From: an uncultured Campylobacterales bacterium
GTDB lineage: Bacteria > Campylobacterota > Campylobacteria > Campylobacterales > JAADDG01
DNA: 60,050 bases
NCBI GenBank assembly: GCA_964450755.1
Contig: CAYVDJ010000118.1
Span: 1 to 60,050 of the forward strand
Direction of reading: 5' to 3'
Numbering within the stretch: position 1 is the first letter of the stretch; every line of letters begins with the position of its first letter. The notes beneath the pieces are model-generated. The model was not told the DNA's origin. It did not search any database and saw only the letters and a list, made by a program, of their open reading frames with translations. Shown here piece after piece: positions 52,500 to 60,050 of this stretch. The position numbers were made by a program, and so were the translations under genes.

Positions 52500-54635
52500 C
52501 TATCTGGTAATATTATAAGAAGAGGCTATGTTGGAAAACTCTTTTGAATCTATAAATTCTTCTATCAAATCGTTGTGGGTCATATCATTTTTCAGTTTGT
52601 CTTCCCAGTATGAACGACCCTGTTTTTCGGGTTCTCTGTTCAATAAAGTTCTGTATGCAACATCTATAAACGATTTGTCATCAAGATTTTTGTTTAAAAA
52701 TTCCGGAGAATTAAAAAAATCTTTTGCTATATCTGAAGCGCTTTTTACTTTTTCTCTCAGTTTTTCCACCCAGTACTCTTTTCCCTGCGGATCAATCTCC
52801 CTTTTTAGAACAAATGAGTAAAATCTCTCTACAAATGCCTCCAACTGATCATCTCTGTCAAAAGGGGTGATTTTATAGTGTTCTTCGCACAGTTGTTTAA
52901 ATTCATCGGAAAATATCACACTGTTGAAAAGCTCGACTCTTGGAACATCTTTGTTCTGTATCTGATCAAGCCAATAAGCAAGTCCCTGGGGTTCTACATC
53001 TCTGTTTAAAAGAGCTTTGTAAATGCTTTTTATAAAATCCTCATCACTGATATCACTCTTTTTTATTTCATCACTGTTCAAAAAGAAAAATTTTGCCACA
53101 TAAGCGGCTGTTTTTCCGTTTTTCAGCTGATTTACCCAATAGTCAAAACCCTCTTTGTCATAATCTCTTTGGAAGAGGTATTTATAAAGCGTCCATATAT
53201 ATTCATCTTTTGGCTCTTCAAAAGTCGGAGGAGCGGTTTCGTTATTATCTCCCTGTGCAGCCAGAACAGCTTTGTAGGCATTGACTCTTCCATATCCGTA
53301 GTGATCGTTTCTGCCGTTGATATAGGACATATTTCCTATTTTATCGGCACTTTTTTCCAGGATTTCTATCACCTCTTTGGCACTCAGATTTGGATTTGCA
53401 CCAAAAACCAAAGCCGCTACTCCGGCAACGATGGGAGCTGAAGCGGAAGTACCGGCAAAATCAAAAGTATAGTTGTATCCGTTATAGCCTTTTGCTCCTG
53501 TTACATCTGTTGTAACTATCGTTCCGTATTCGGATCCCGGAGCCAAGATATCCAGACTTTTGCCAAAATTGCTGTAACTTGTTACAAGATCCTCTTCGCT
53601 TGAAGCACCGACTGAAAGAACATAGGGAGATTCGGATTCATCCTGATAGTACGGAGAGTCAAGATTGTATCCGTCATTGCCGGAGGCAAATATGATCAAA
53701 ACGCCTTTGCCTCCCCTCCCTTTAGTATAAAGATTTTTAAAAGTTCTGTTGAGGGCATCATCAAGACTGTATGTTCCCCAACTGTTTGAGATAACACTCA
53801 CCCCCTGCGAATCCAGCCAGTTAAATGCTTTTATGCTGTCGGAGATATAAGGTCCGTCTTTTACCGCATAAAGTTTTGCTTTGGGTGCAACACCCACACT
53901 CCCTTTTGAGTTTTCAGCCGCCACTATCAGTCCAGAACAAGAAGTTCCGTGCCAGTCGCCGTTATAATCCCCCGCCTGTGCCGTAGGAGATGGGTCATCC
54001 GTACCGTAATCGGCATAGTTTTTGTATCCTGCGATATTTTGCTTTAAATCTTCGTGATTTATATCTATCGCATCATCTATGATACCTACTTTTACCCCTT
54101 CACCTTTTGTAATCTTCCATGCATCTTCCACTTTGATATCGGCATCTCTTTTATATAAAACTCCATTCTTTTCACCACCTTTGTTTTTCAAATGCCATGC
54201 TGAAGAAAAGAGAGGGTCAAGGGTTCTTTTTCTTTTTTGTTTGATAAAATCAGGATGAGAGAAATCAACACCTTTTATTTTATATATTTCGTTTGATATA
54301 TCAAGAGTTTTCATTCTGTCGGGAGTTTGAAAAACATAGATATTATTACCAAGCTCTTCTATCATTTTCAGATGATATCTGTTTAAAAGAGTCTCTTTTA
54401 AACTCTCATCTTTTAAACCTACTATTATTCGGTTGGAGATACCTACCAAATCATTGTTTTGTGTTCTGTAGTATATCGCTTTTATATTTTTTGCGTTTTT
54501 TGGTATAAAGTTTTTTACTTCATATCTTGAAAATTTAGCTATCAGAGGCTGTTTATGACCGCCACTGTAGTAAAAAAGCTCTTGGGAAAAAACCGAAGAT
54601 ATCACGAAGAACATCAAGAGCAATATTTTTTTCAT
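52500..54635 (-). CDS. secreted S8 subtilisin-like serine peptidase with four C-terminal DUF4214-like units
   Basis: Signal peptide. Catalytic triad contexts VGIIDDAID (Asp), DWHGTSCSG (His) and AGTSASAPIVAG (Ser). C-terminus IWTLYKYLFQRDYDKEGFDYW ... FIDVAYRTLLNREPEKQGRSYW. Confidence 0.85.
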   Translation of the reverse strand: MKKILLLMFFVISSVFSQELFYYSGGHKQPLIAKFSRYEVKNFIPKNAKNIKAIYYRTQNNDLVGISNRIIVGLKDESLKETLLNRYHLKMIEELGNNIYVFQTPDRMKTLDISNEIYKIKGVDFSHPDFIKQKRKRTLDPLFSSAWHLKNKGGEKNGVLYKRDADIKVEDAWKITKGEGVKVGIIDDAIDINHEDLKQNIAGYKNYADYGTDDPSPTAQAGDYNGDWHGTSCSGLIVAAENSKGSVGVAPKAKLYAVKDGPYISDSIKAFNWLDSQGVSVISNSWGTYSLDDALNRTFKNLYTKGRGGKGVLIIFASGNDGYNLDSPYYQDESESPYVLSVGASSEEDLVTSYSNFGKSLDILAPGSEYGTIVTTDVTGAKGYNGYNYTFDFAGTSASAPIVAGVAALVFGANPNLSAKEVIEILEKSADKIGNMSYINGRNDHYGYGRVNAYKAVLAAQGDNNETAPPTFEEPKDEYIWTLYKYLFQRDYDKEGFDYWVNQLKNGKTAAYVAKFFFLNSDEIKKSDISDEDFIKSIYKALLNRDVEPQGLAYWLDQIQNKDVPRVELFNSVIFSDEFKQLCEEHYKITPFDRDDQLEAFVERFYSFVLKREIDPQGKEYWVEKLREKVKSASDIAKDFFNSPEFLNKNLDDKSFIDVAYRTLLNREPEKQGRSYWEDKLKNDMTHNDLIEEFIDSKEFSNIASSYNITR

Positions 54636-54748
54636 AAAATAATCCTTTTTATCTTAAAATAATTTTTACCGGATAGATTGTAATATAATATATCGTAATT
54701 AATATAAAAGTTTAATAAAATGAAAATTATTTTATCATTTGAGGAAAA

Positions 54749-54776
54749 GTGGCAAATAAGATTACTTATTTGCCAC
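54749..54776 (-). terminator. rho-independent terminator overlapping the stop codon of the LVIVD-repeat gene
   Basis: GTGGCAAATAAG-ATTA-CTTATTTGCCAC, a perfect 12-bp stem. The stop codon lies in the loop, and TTTT follows on the minus strand. Confidence 0.6.
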
Positions 54777-57332
54777 TCCGTATTCATAAGAAAGGTTTTG
54801 AAATTCTTCTGAAGATACAAATTCTTTTACCATATCAAGTCTGCCGTGAGTTTTCAAAAAATCTCTCCAATAGCTTTTGCCGCCCTCATCAGCTTCCCTG
54901 TCCATCAATGCCCTGTAGGCAATATCTATAAATTCCGCATCCGATAGATGTCTGTCTATAAATTCTTTGGAGCCGAAAAATTCCATCGCGATATCCTGAG
55001 CCGTTTTTTCACCGCTTTTTAATTTTCCTGCCCAAAAATTGACTCCTTCAAGATCGGCATTTCTGTCAAGAACCAAAAGATACATTCTGTTTAAAAAGGC
55101 TCTGAGAGCATCATCTTTTGAATAAGCTTTAATATTATATTTTAAAGCCAAACTTTTAAATTCATCAGACATAATAAATTTATAAAAAATGATATCTCTT
55201 GGAATCCCTTTGTCATCAATCATCGATTTCCAGTATAAAAGTCCCTCGTTATCGGCTGTTCTGTCCAAAAGAGTTTCATAAGTTCTTTGCAAAAACTCAT
55301 CTGTTGAGAGGTGAAATCCTCTAAACTCGGCACTTTGAAAGAAAACTTCCGCCACCGACGCTGCACTGTCGTCATTTAAGAGTCTTTGCAGATAATAGTT
55401 CAATCCCTCCTCATCATAGTCTCTTTTCAAAAGTTTTGTATAGAGTCTTTTTATAAAATCTTCTATCTGTTTGGCAAAACTCATCTTGTATATATCTATC
55501 CCGTAACCGTCATCACAACTGATGATATAATCTCTAATAACACTTACATCTTCTACGCTTTTGTTTGCGGCAAAATGTTTAAAAAGAGATGGATGCTCTT
55601 TGTCGGAAATATCAACTATCGCAAAACCGAAATCTTTATATGCCAAATAGGCATAACTGTTTTTTACATCGACTCCCGTGGCATGATCCGCCGAAGTGCT
55701 GCTGTTTAGATCAAACACTGAACTGAGTTTTGGATCGTTTGGATTTTTGGTATCTACTATCTGCAAACCTATCGAAAAATTTGCGATATAGGTATAATCC
55801 CCGCTGTTTACGACATCCATCGCATAACCGCTTGTGTCTGTATCATAAGTTCCTGTTTTTACCGGATTTTTTGGATCTGAAATATCTATCACACAAAGAG
55901 TATCATTATAGTCAGCCAGATAGGCATAGTTGTCTTTGACATAAACGCCCATCGCATAGGCTTCTGTGGGAGTGTTTGCTGTGATTGACGGATTTTTGGG
56001 ATCTTTTATATCCACTGTCTGCAAACCTTTGGATCTGTCTGCGATATAGACATAGTCTCCTTTCACTTTGACATCATAAGCTCTTCCCTCTGTTATGAGA
56101 GTCGAGATCATTTTGGGATTTTGTTTATCCGAGATATCAACTATATGAAGTCCCTGACAAAAGTCTGTTATATAGACATACTTCTCATCTTTACTGACAT
56201 CTATTGATTCGGCTATACATCCAAGCTCAATATTTCCTGTTACTTTCAAAGAGGAGGTATCGGAAAAATCAACGATATCCAAACCGCCGTAAACATCTGC
56301 GATATAGATGGTATCTCCCTTTGCCACCGCTTTTTTGGGATGAAAAACGCACTCATGTGAACCTGCTCTTTTTGCATGAAATTTATCGCTCACATCTATA
56401 ACCTGAATACCCGTATCTTTATTGGCTATATAGACAAGATCTCCCTCTCTTGCCATTGCTACTGCTTCGCCCAACTGTTTGTATTCCGAAGCCAGATGAA
56501 TATTGTCGGGTGTTATAACATTTGCTACTTTAAGACCTGTTGTTTTATCCAGGATATAAGAGGTTTTGCCGTCACTTGAAATATCTATATCCATCGCATG
56601 ACAGTAATGACTAGGTCCGTCACAGTCAAAAAGCAAAGAGGGATTGGAAGGATCGCTTATATCTATCACTCTAAATCCGGCCGCTCCATAGGAGATATAG
56701 GCTTCATTATTGACAACAGCTATTTTGTCAGCGGTTGAGTTTGACTCATAACTTCCTATCTCTGTTATAGCTCCGGAATGGGCTATCTGCAAAACAACCA
56801 GACCGTTCTCACCGTCTGCAATATAAGCTTTGTCATCTCTTACCTTGACATCTTCACTGACTCCCGATGTTGTAAAAGATGTTACAACATTGGGCGAAGT
56901 TTTGTCATATATATCGATAACTTTCAATCCCTCACCGTCAACAGCATAGATATAGCTCTCTTTTACATCCATCCCTTTTATCTCTTTGTCCGAAGCCAAA
57001 AAGGATAACTGCTTAGGAGAGGTGATATCTGATACATCCCATATATAAAGTCCCTTTTTGCCTCCTATATACAAAGTTTTTCCGTCGCTGTAGATAGAAT
57101 TAACTTCATCATTTAAAGAAAAAACACTTTTTTGCTTCATATCTTTTGGATCTGAAGCATCAAAGACCACTATTCCCCTGTTGGAAGCGCCGTAAACTAT
57201 ATGATTTTTTACCGCAACTTCATAAAAAGACTCATTTAAAGTCCCTACTTTCTGCACTTTAAAGTCTTCTGCAAAAAGGTTTGAGAAAAGAAGAAATAAT
57301 ATTAAATATAAAATATTATTTAACTTATACAT
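54762..57332 (-). CDS. secreted LVIVD-repeat beta-propeller protein with four C-terminal DUF4214-like units
   Basis: Signal peptide. About 13 repeats of the type G(L/F)x(V/I)(V/I)D(I/V)SDPxxP (GFRVIDISDPSNPSL, GLHIVDISDKQNPKM, GLQTVDIKDPKNPSI ...). C-terminus FIKRLYTKLLKRDYDEEGLNYY ... FIDIAYRALMDREADEGGKSYW. Confidence 0.8.
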   Translation of the reverse strand: MYKLNNILYLILFLLFSNLFAEDFKVQKVGTLNESFYEVAVKNHIVYGASNRGIVVFDASDPKDMKQKSVFSLNDEVNSIYSDGKTLYIGGKKGLYIWDVSDITSPKQLSFLASDKEIKGMDVKESYIYAVDGEGLKVIDIYDKTSPNVVTSFTTSGVSEDVKVRDDKAYIADGENGLVVLQIAHSGAITEIGSYESNSTADKIAVVNNEAYISYGAAGFRVIDISDPSNPSLLFDCDGPSHYCHAMDIDISSDGKTSYILDKTTGLKVANVITPDNIHLASEYKQLGEAVAMAREGDLVYIANKDTGIQVIDVSDKFHAKRAGSHECVFHPKKAVAKGDTIYIADVYGGLDIVDFSDTSSLKVTGNIELGCIAESIDVSKDEKYVYITDFCQGLHIVDISDKQNPKMISTLITEGRAYDVKVKGDYVYIADRSKGLQTVDIKDPKNPSITANTPTEAYAMGVYVKDNYAYLADYNDTLCVIDISDPKNPVKTGTYDTDTSGYAMDVVNSGDYTYIANFSIGLQIVDTKNPNDPKLSSVFDLNSSTSADHATGVDVKNSYAYLAYKDFGFAIVDISDKEHPSLFKHFAANKSVEDVSVIRDYIISCDDGYGIDIYKMSFAKQIEDFIKRLYTKLLKRDYDEEGLNYYLQRLLNDDSAASVAEVFFQSAEFRGFHLSTDEFLQRTYETLLDRTADNEGLLYWKSMIDDKGIPRDIIFYKFIMSDEFKSLALKYNIKAYSKDDALRAFLNRMYLLVLDRNADLEGVNFWAGKLKSGEKTAQDIAMEFFGSKEFIDRHLSDAEFIDIAYRALMDREADEGGKSYWRDFLKTHGRLDMVKEFVSSEEFQNLSYEYGVANK

Positions 57333-57464
57333 TAACTATCCTTTCTAAAGTTTAGATTCAAGGTATTATATAATAAAGAATATTATTTAAATATTAAAAA
57401 AAATGAACCGATATATATCAATATTTATGATAATATTATCTTTATATTATCCAAAAGGCTGTTT

Positions 57465-58400
57465 GTGTATATCTTTTCCGACAAACTCTACAGAAAAAAT
57501 GAGATCAGATTGGACGATGAACAAAACCGTATAGTTTTCAGCAGGATTTATAATGAAGAGATAATAGAGTGGATGACTCAAAACGGTTTTCCCGAAACCT
57601 TCATAGAGGATATTCAAAATGAAGATCAAAGTGTTACATACGAAGAAAACGAAAATATCAAACTTCTGATTTTAAAATATTTTATTCCGGAAGAGGAGAG
57701 CGAACTTTTATACAAAGATGTCAATATAGCTATTATTTTTATCAAAAACAGATTGATATTTCTGACAAAAGAGGAAAAAATCATAAAAGACATCGTCTCA
57801 AAACTCTACAAAAGATATAAACCAACCGACAGAATCGAATATAATCTCTATAATATTTTAGATATCCTGATAGACAGCACAATGGCAATTATCGACTATA
57901 TCGATATAAAACTAGAAGAGATAGAAGATGATATCTTCAATGAAAACCTTGATGAGGAGGAAGTACAAAAAGCACTCTATTTTGCCAGAAGAAGTTTGAA
58001 TAAAATCGCTAAACTATCTATCCAGGAAAACGATATTGTAAACAAGATGTACAATCATTTGCCGACTGTAACGAGAAAAAAACTGAGATATGAATTTATA
58101 GATCTAAAAGAGCATTTGACATTTTTGATAAATGAGTCAAAAACCTATCTTGACAGAACAGGTTATTTGCAAAATCTTTTGATGGGTTTCCTCTCAAACA
58201 GAATGAATCAGGCTATGCAGAGACTAGCGGCCATATCTTTGATATTTTTACCTCTTACATTTATCGTCGGAAATTACGGAATGAATTTTAAATATATGCC
58301 TGAACTTGAATGGAAATACGGATATGAAATAACATGGATACTGAATATCGCCATTGCATATTTTATATACAAGTGGCTGAAAAAACAAAAATGGATATAG
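57465..58400 (+). CDS. corA: CorA family magnesium/cobalt transporter
   Basis: Two C-terminal TM segments flank the GMN motif (FIVGNYGMNFKYMPEL). 311 aa. GTG start. Confidence 0.85.
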   Translation: MYIFSDKLYRKNEIRLDDEQNRIVFSRIYNEEIIEWMTQNGFPETFIEDIQNEDQSVTYEENENIKLLILKYFIPEEESELLYKDVNIAIIFIKNRLIFLTKEEKIIKDIVSKLYKRYKPTDRIEYNLYNILDILIDSTMAIIDYIDIKLEEIEDDIFNENLDEEEVQKALYFARRSLNKIAKLSIQENDIVNKMYNHLPTVTRKKLRYEFIDLKEHLTFLINESKTYLDRTGYLQNLLMGFLSNRMNQAMQRLAAISLIFLPLTFIVGNYGMNFKYMPELEWKYGYEITWILNIAIAYFIYKWLKKQKWI

Positions 58401-58404
58401 GAGA

Positions 58405-59760
58405 ATGATGATGAAATCAAATATTTACAAGATTTTGGTTGCTGTTGTTATAGCATTGATATTTTTTGCAATATCTCTGCCCTTTTTTACCCAAAAACAG
58501 AGTTTTCTGATAGGACTTGTAGCTTTTATGGTAACTTTGTGGACAAATGAAGCGATCTCTCTTGGAGTTGTCTCCCTTTTTCCGATAGTCCTGTTTCCGG
58601 CATTTGATATTTTGAGTACAAATGCCACTTCTATAAACTACTCAAAATCGATCATATTTCTCTTTTTGGGAGGATTTTTACTTGCCATAGCGGTTGAAAA
58701 AACAGATCTGCATAAATTTATGGCAGATAAAATACTATCCGTTTTTCCTCCGACACCAAGAGGAATCATCTTTTCTCTTTTGATAACTTCGGCAGTTTTG
58801 AGTTCTTTTCTTTCAAATACGACAACCGCTCTGCTTTTGTTGCCTGTGGCAATGTTTTTGAGTGATGATTCCTCTTTGAAAATGAGATTTGTTTTGGCAA
58901 TCGCCTACGGCGCAAGTGTGGGAGGTATCCTTACACCCATAGGCACACCACCGAATCTTATACTTTTGGGTATCATGGAAGACAAAGGTCTTTCTCTCAT
59001 ACCGTTTATACAGTGGATATGGATGATTTTGCCGTTGGCTTTTGTGATGTTGCTTTTTACGGGATTTATTCTCTCATGGGGAGTCAAAAAGATATCTGTC
59101 GGTATGGAAAAAACATCCAAAACACTGAACTTTGAACAAAAAAAGGTTGCATTTGTTCTTATAGCTCTTGTAATTTTGCTTTTTGTAAATGCGCCAATCA
59201 AACCGTTTTACAGCGGACTCGGACTGAATGAAAAAGGTATTTTACTGGGATTTGGACTTTTGATGTTTCTGCCTCCTTTTAATATACTAAAATGGGAAGA
59301 CAGTAAAAAAATTCCGTTTGAGATTATTTTCCTTTTTGGTGCCGGTTTTTCGATAGCAAAAGCCTTTTCAAAGACGGGACTTGACAAAGCGATAGCCGAC
59401 TATCTGATGCAAATCAGCGATCTTTCGCCCTTTTTACTGCTACTTGCCATAGCCGCTCTTATAACCTTTACAACCGAGATCACAAGCAATACCGCTCTGA
59501 CTGCTATGATGCTGCCGGTTATCTATTCGTTTACGACGATGGAAGGAAGCGGTATAAATACAACTCTCTTCTTACTTGTGGCAACCATCTGCGCAAGTTA
59601 TGCCTTTATGCTGCCGATAGCCACACCGCCAAATGCCATAGCCATGTCTTCGGGTGCCATCAGGATAAAAGATATGGCAAAAATAGGATTTATTTTAAAT
59701 ATAGCAGGAATATCATTTATCAGTGTGATAGCATTTTTGTTCTGGGCAAAAGTTTTATAG
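58405..59760 (+). CDS. DASS/SLC13 family anion:sodium symporter (sulfate or di/tricarboxylate)
   Basis: Duplicated hairpin signatures SNTTTALLLLPV and TSNTALTAMMLPV, with GTPPN and ATPPNA. About 12 or more TM segments. Confidence 0.8.
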   Translation: MMMKSNIYKILVAVVIALIFFAISLPFFTQKQSFLIGLVAFMVTLWTNEAISLGVVSLFPIVLFPAFDILSTNATSINYSKSIIFLFLGGFLLAIAVEKTDLHKFMADKILSVFPPTPRGIIFSLLITSAVLSSFLSNTTTALLLLPVAMFLSDDSSLKMRFVLAIAYGASVGGILTPIGTPPNLILLGIMEDKGLSLIPFIQWIWMILPLAFVMLLFTGFILSWGVKKISVGMEKTSKTLNFEQKKVAFVLIALVILLFVNAPIKPFYSGLGLNEKGILLGFGLLMFLPPFNILKWEDSKKIPFEIIFLFGAGFSIAKAFSKTGLDKAIADYLMQISDLSPFLLLLAIAALITFTTEITSNTALTAMMLPVIYSFTTMEGSGINTTLFLLVATICASYAFMLPIATPPNAIAMSSGAIRIKDMAKIGFILNIAGISFISVIAFLFWAKVL

Positions 59761-59772
59761 GAGAATTTAAAA

Positions 59773-59795
59773 GTCCCCATGCAAAACATGGGGAC
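59773..59795. terminator. hairpin terminator between the DASS transporter gene and the convergent outer-membrane protein gene
   Basis: GTCCCCATG-CAAAA-CATGGGGAC, a 9-bp perfect stem. Confidence 0.55.
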
Positions 59796-59810
59796 AAGAG
59801 ATTTAAAAGA

Positions 59811-60050
59811 TTAATATCTGTATCTTATATAAAGTCTAACATCTTGAGCTTTTTCGATAGGATTCAGCCCCATTGCTCTTGCTTCATCCATTGTCATAGG
59901 AGTTCCCGTAGCACTTGCAAAAAATCCCTGACTTCCGGTATATTTGTTTTTGATATAGGTATATCTAAGTTGGGCAGTCAATTTCTTGTCTATCAAACCT
60001 TTGTTTAACCAAAATTCATAGGCATCGCCTCTTGTGGCAAGTTTTGATCC
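59811..60050 (-). CDS. C-terminal fragment of a probable outer-membrane beta-barrel protein (gene continues past the right edge)
   Basis: The frame is open to base 60050. Alternating hydrophobic pattern and the aromatic C-terminus ...VRLYIRYRY are typical of OMP last strands. Confidence 0.35.
   Translation of the reverse strand, partial: GSKLATRGDAYEFWLNKGLIDKKLTAQLRYTYIKNKYTGSQGFFASATGTPMTMDEARAMGLNPIEKAQDVRLYIRYRY

Noticed and set aside
1-60050. Phase-variable homopolymeric G/C tracts, as are common in Campylobacter and Helicobacter contingency genes
   Set aside because: Scanning by eye found only short runs (C6 near 6454, G5/C5 elsewhere). Nothing reaches the 8 nt or more normally associated with slipped-strand switching. 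A/T runs of 8 are common background here.

Overview
AT-rich chromosomal window whose gene content and order look like Campylobacterota (Epsilonproteobacteria). The flgI-flgJ-flgM-flgN-flgK block matches the Campylobacter arrangement. A full hyp maturation operon suggests a hydrogen-oxidising lifestyle. All calls come from reading the supplied translations and DNA by eye; no database search was run.

Coding density is high and mostly housekeeping:
- Flagellar genes: flgI, flgJ-like, flgM, flgN-like, flgK and flgH, with sigma54- and sigma28-type promoters.
- NiFe-hydrogenase maturation operon hypB-C-D-E-X-A, including a HypX/HoxX-type gene.
- purH, an M3 oligopeptidase, prmC, an M48 peptidase, xthA, cysK, ychF, pepA, dedA, trpB, apt, rpiB, yqeY, hpf, corA and a DASS transporter.

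Accessory-looking content:
1. Four Sec-signal proteins with unrelated N-terminal domains all end in the same tandem DUF4214-like module. The N-terminal domains are a GS-repeat/FN3 protein, a CSLREA/Pmp-like beta-helix, an S8 subtilase and an LVIVD propeller. This is the most interesting candidate system here.
2. An mtnK-mtnA-class II aldolase trio that fits the DHAP shunt better than classical methionine salvage.
3. A heavy-metal RND efflux operon with His-rich accessory proteins.
4. A papain-fold peptidase-PKD-ricin lectin protein with near-identical internal DNA repeats.
5. A GH9 / beta-helix / small membrane protein operon.
6. A very AT-rich Phd/RelE toxin-antitoxin cassette next to an orphan cbiD that lacks a canonical start codon.

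I saw no rRNA, tRNA, CRISPR array, transposase or integrase.
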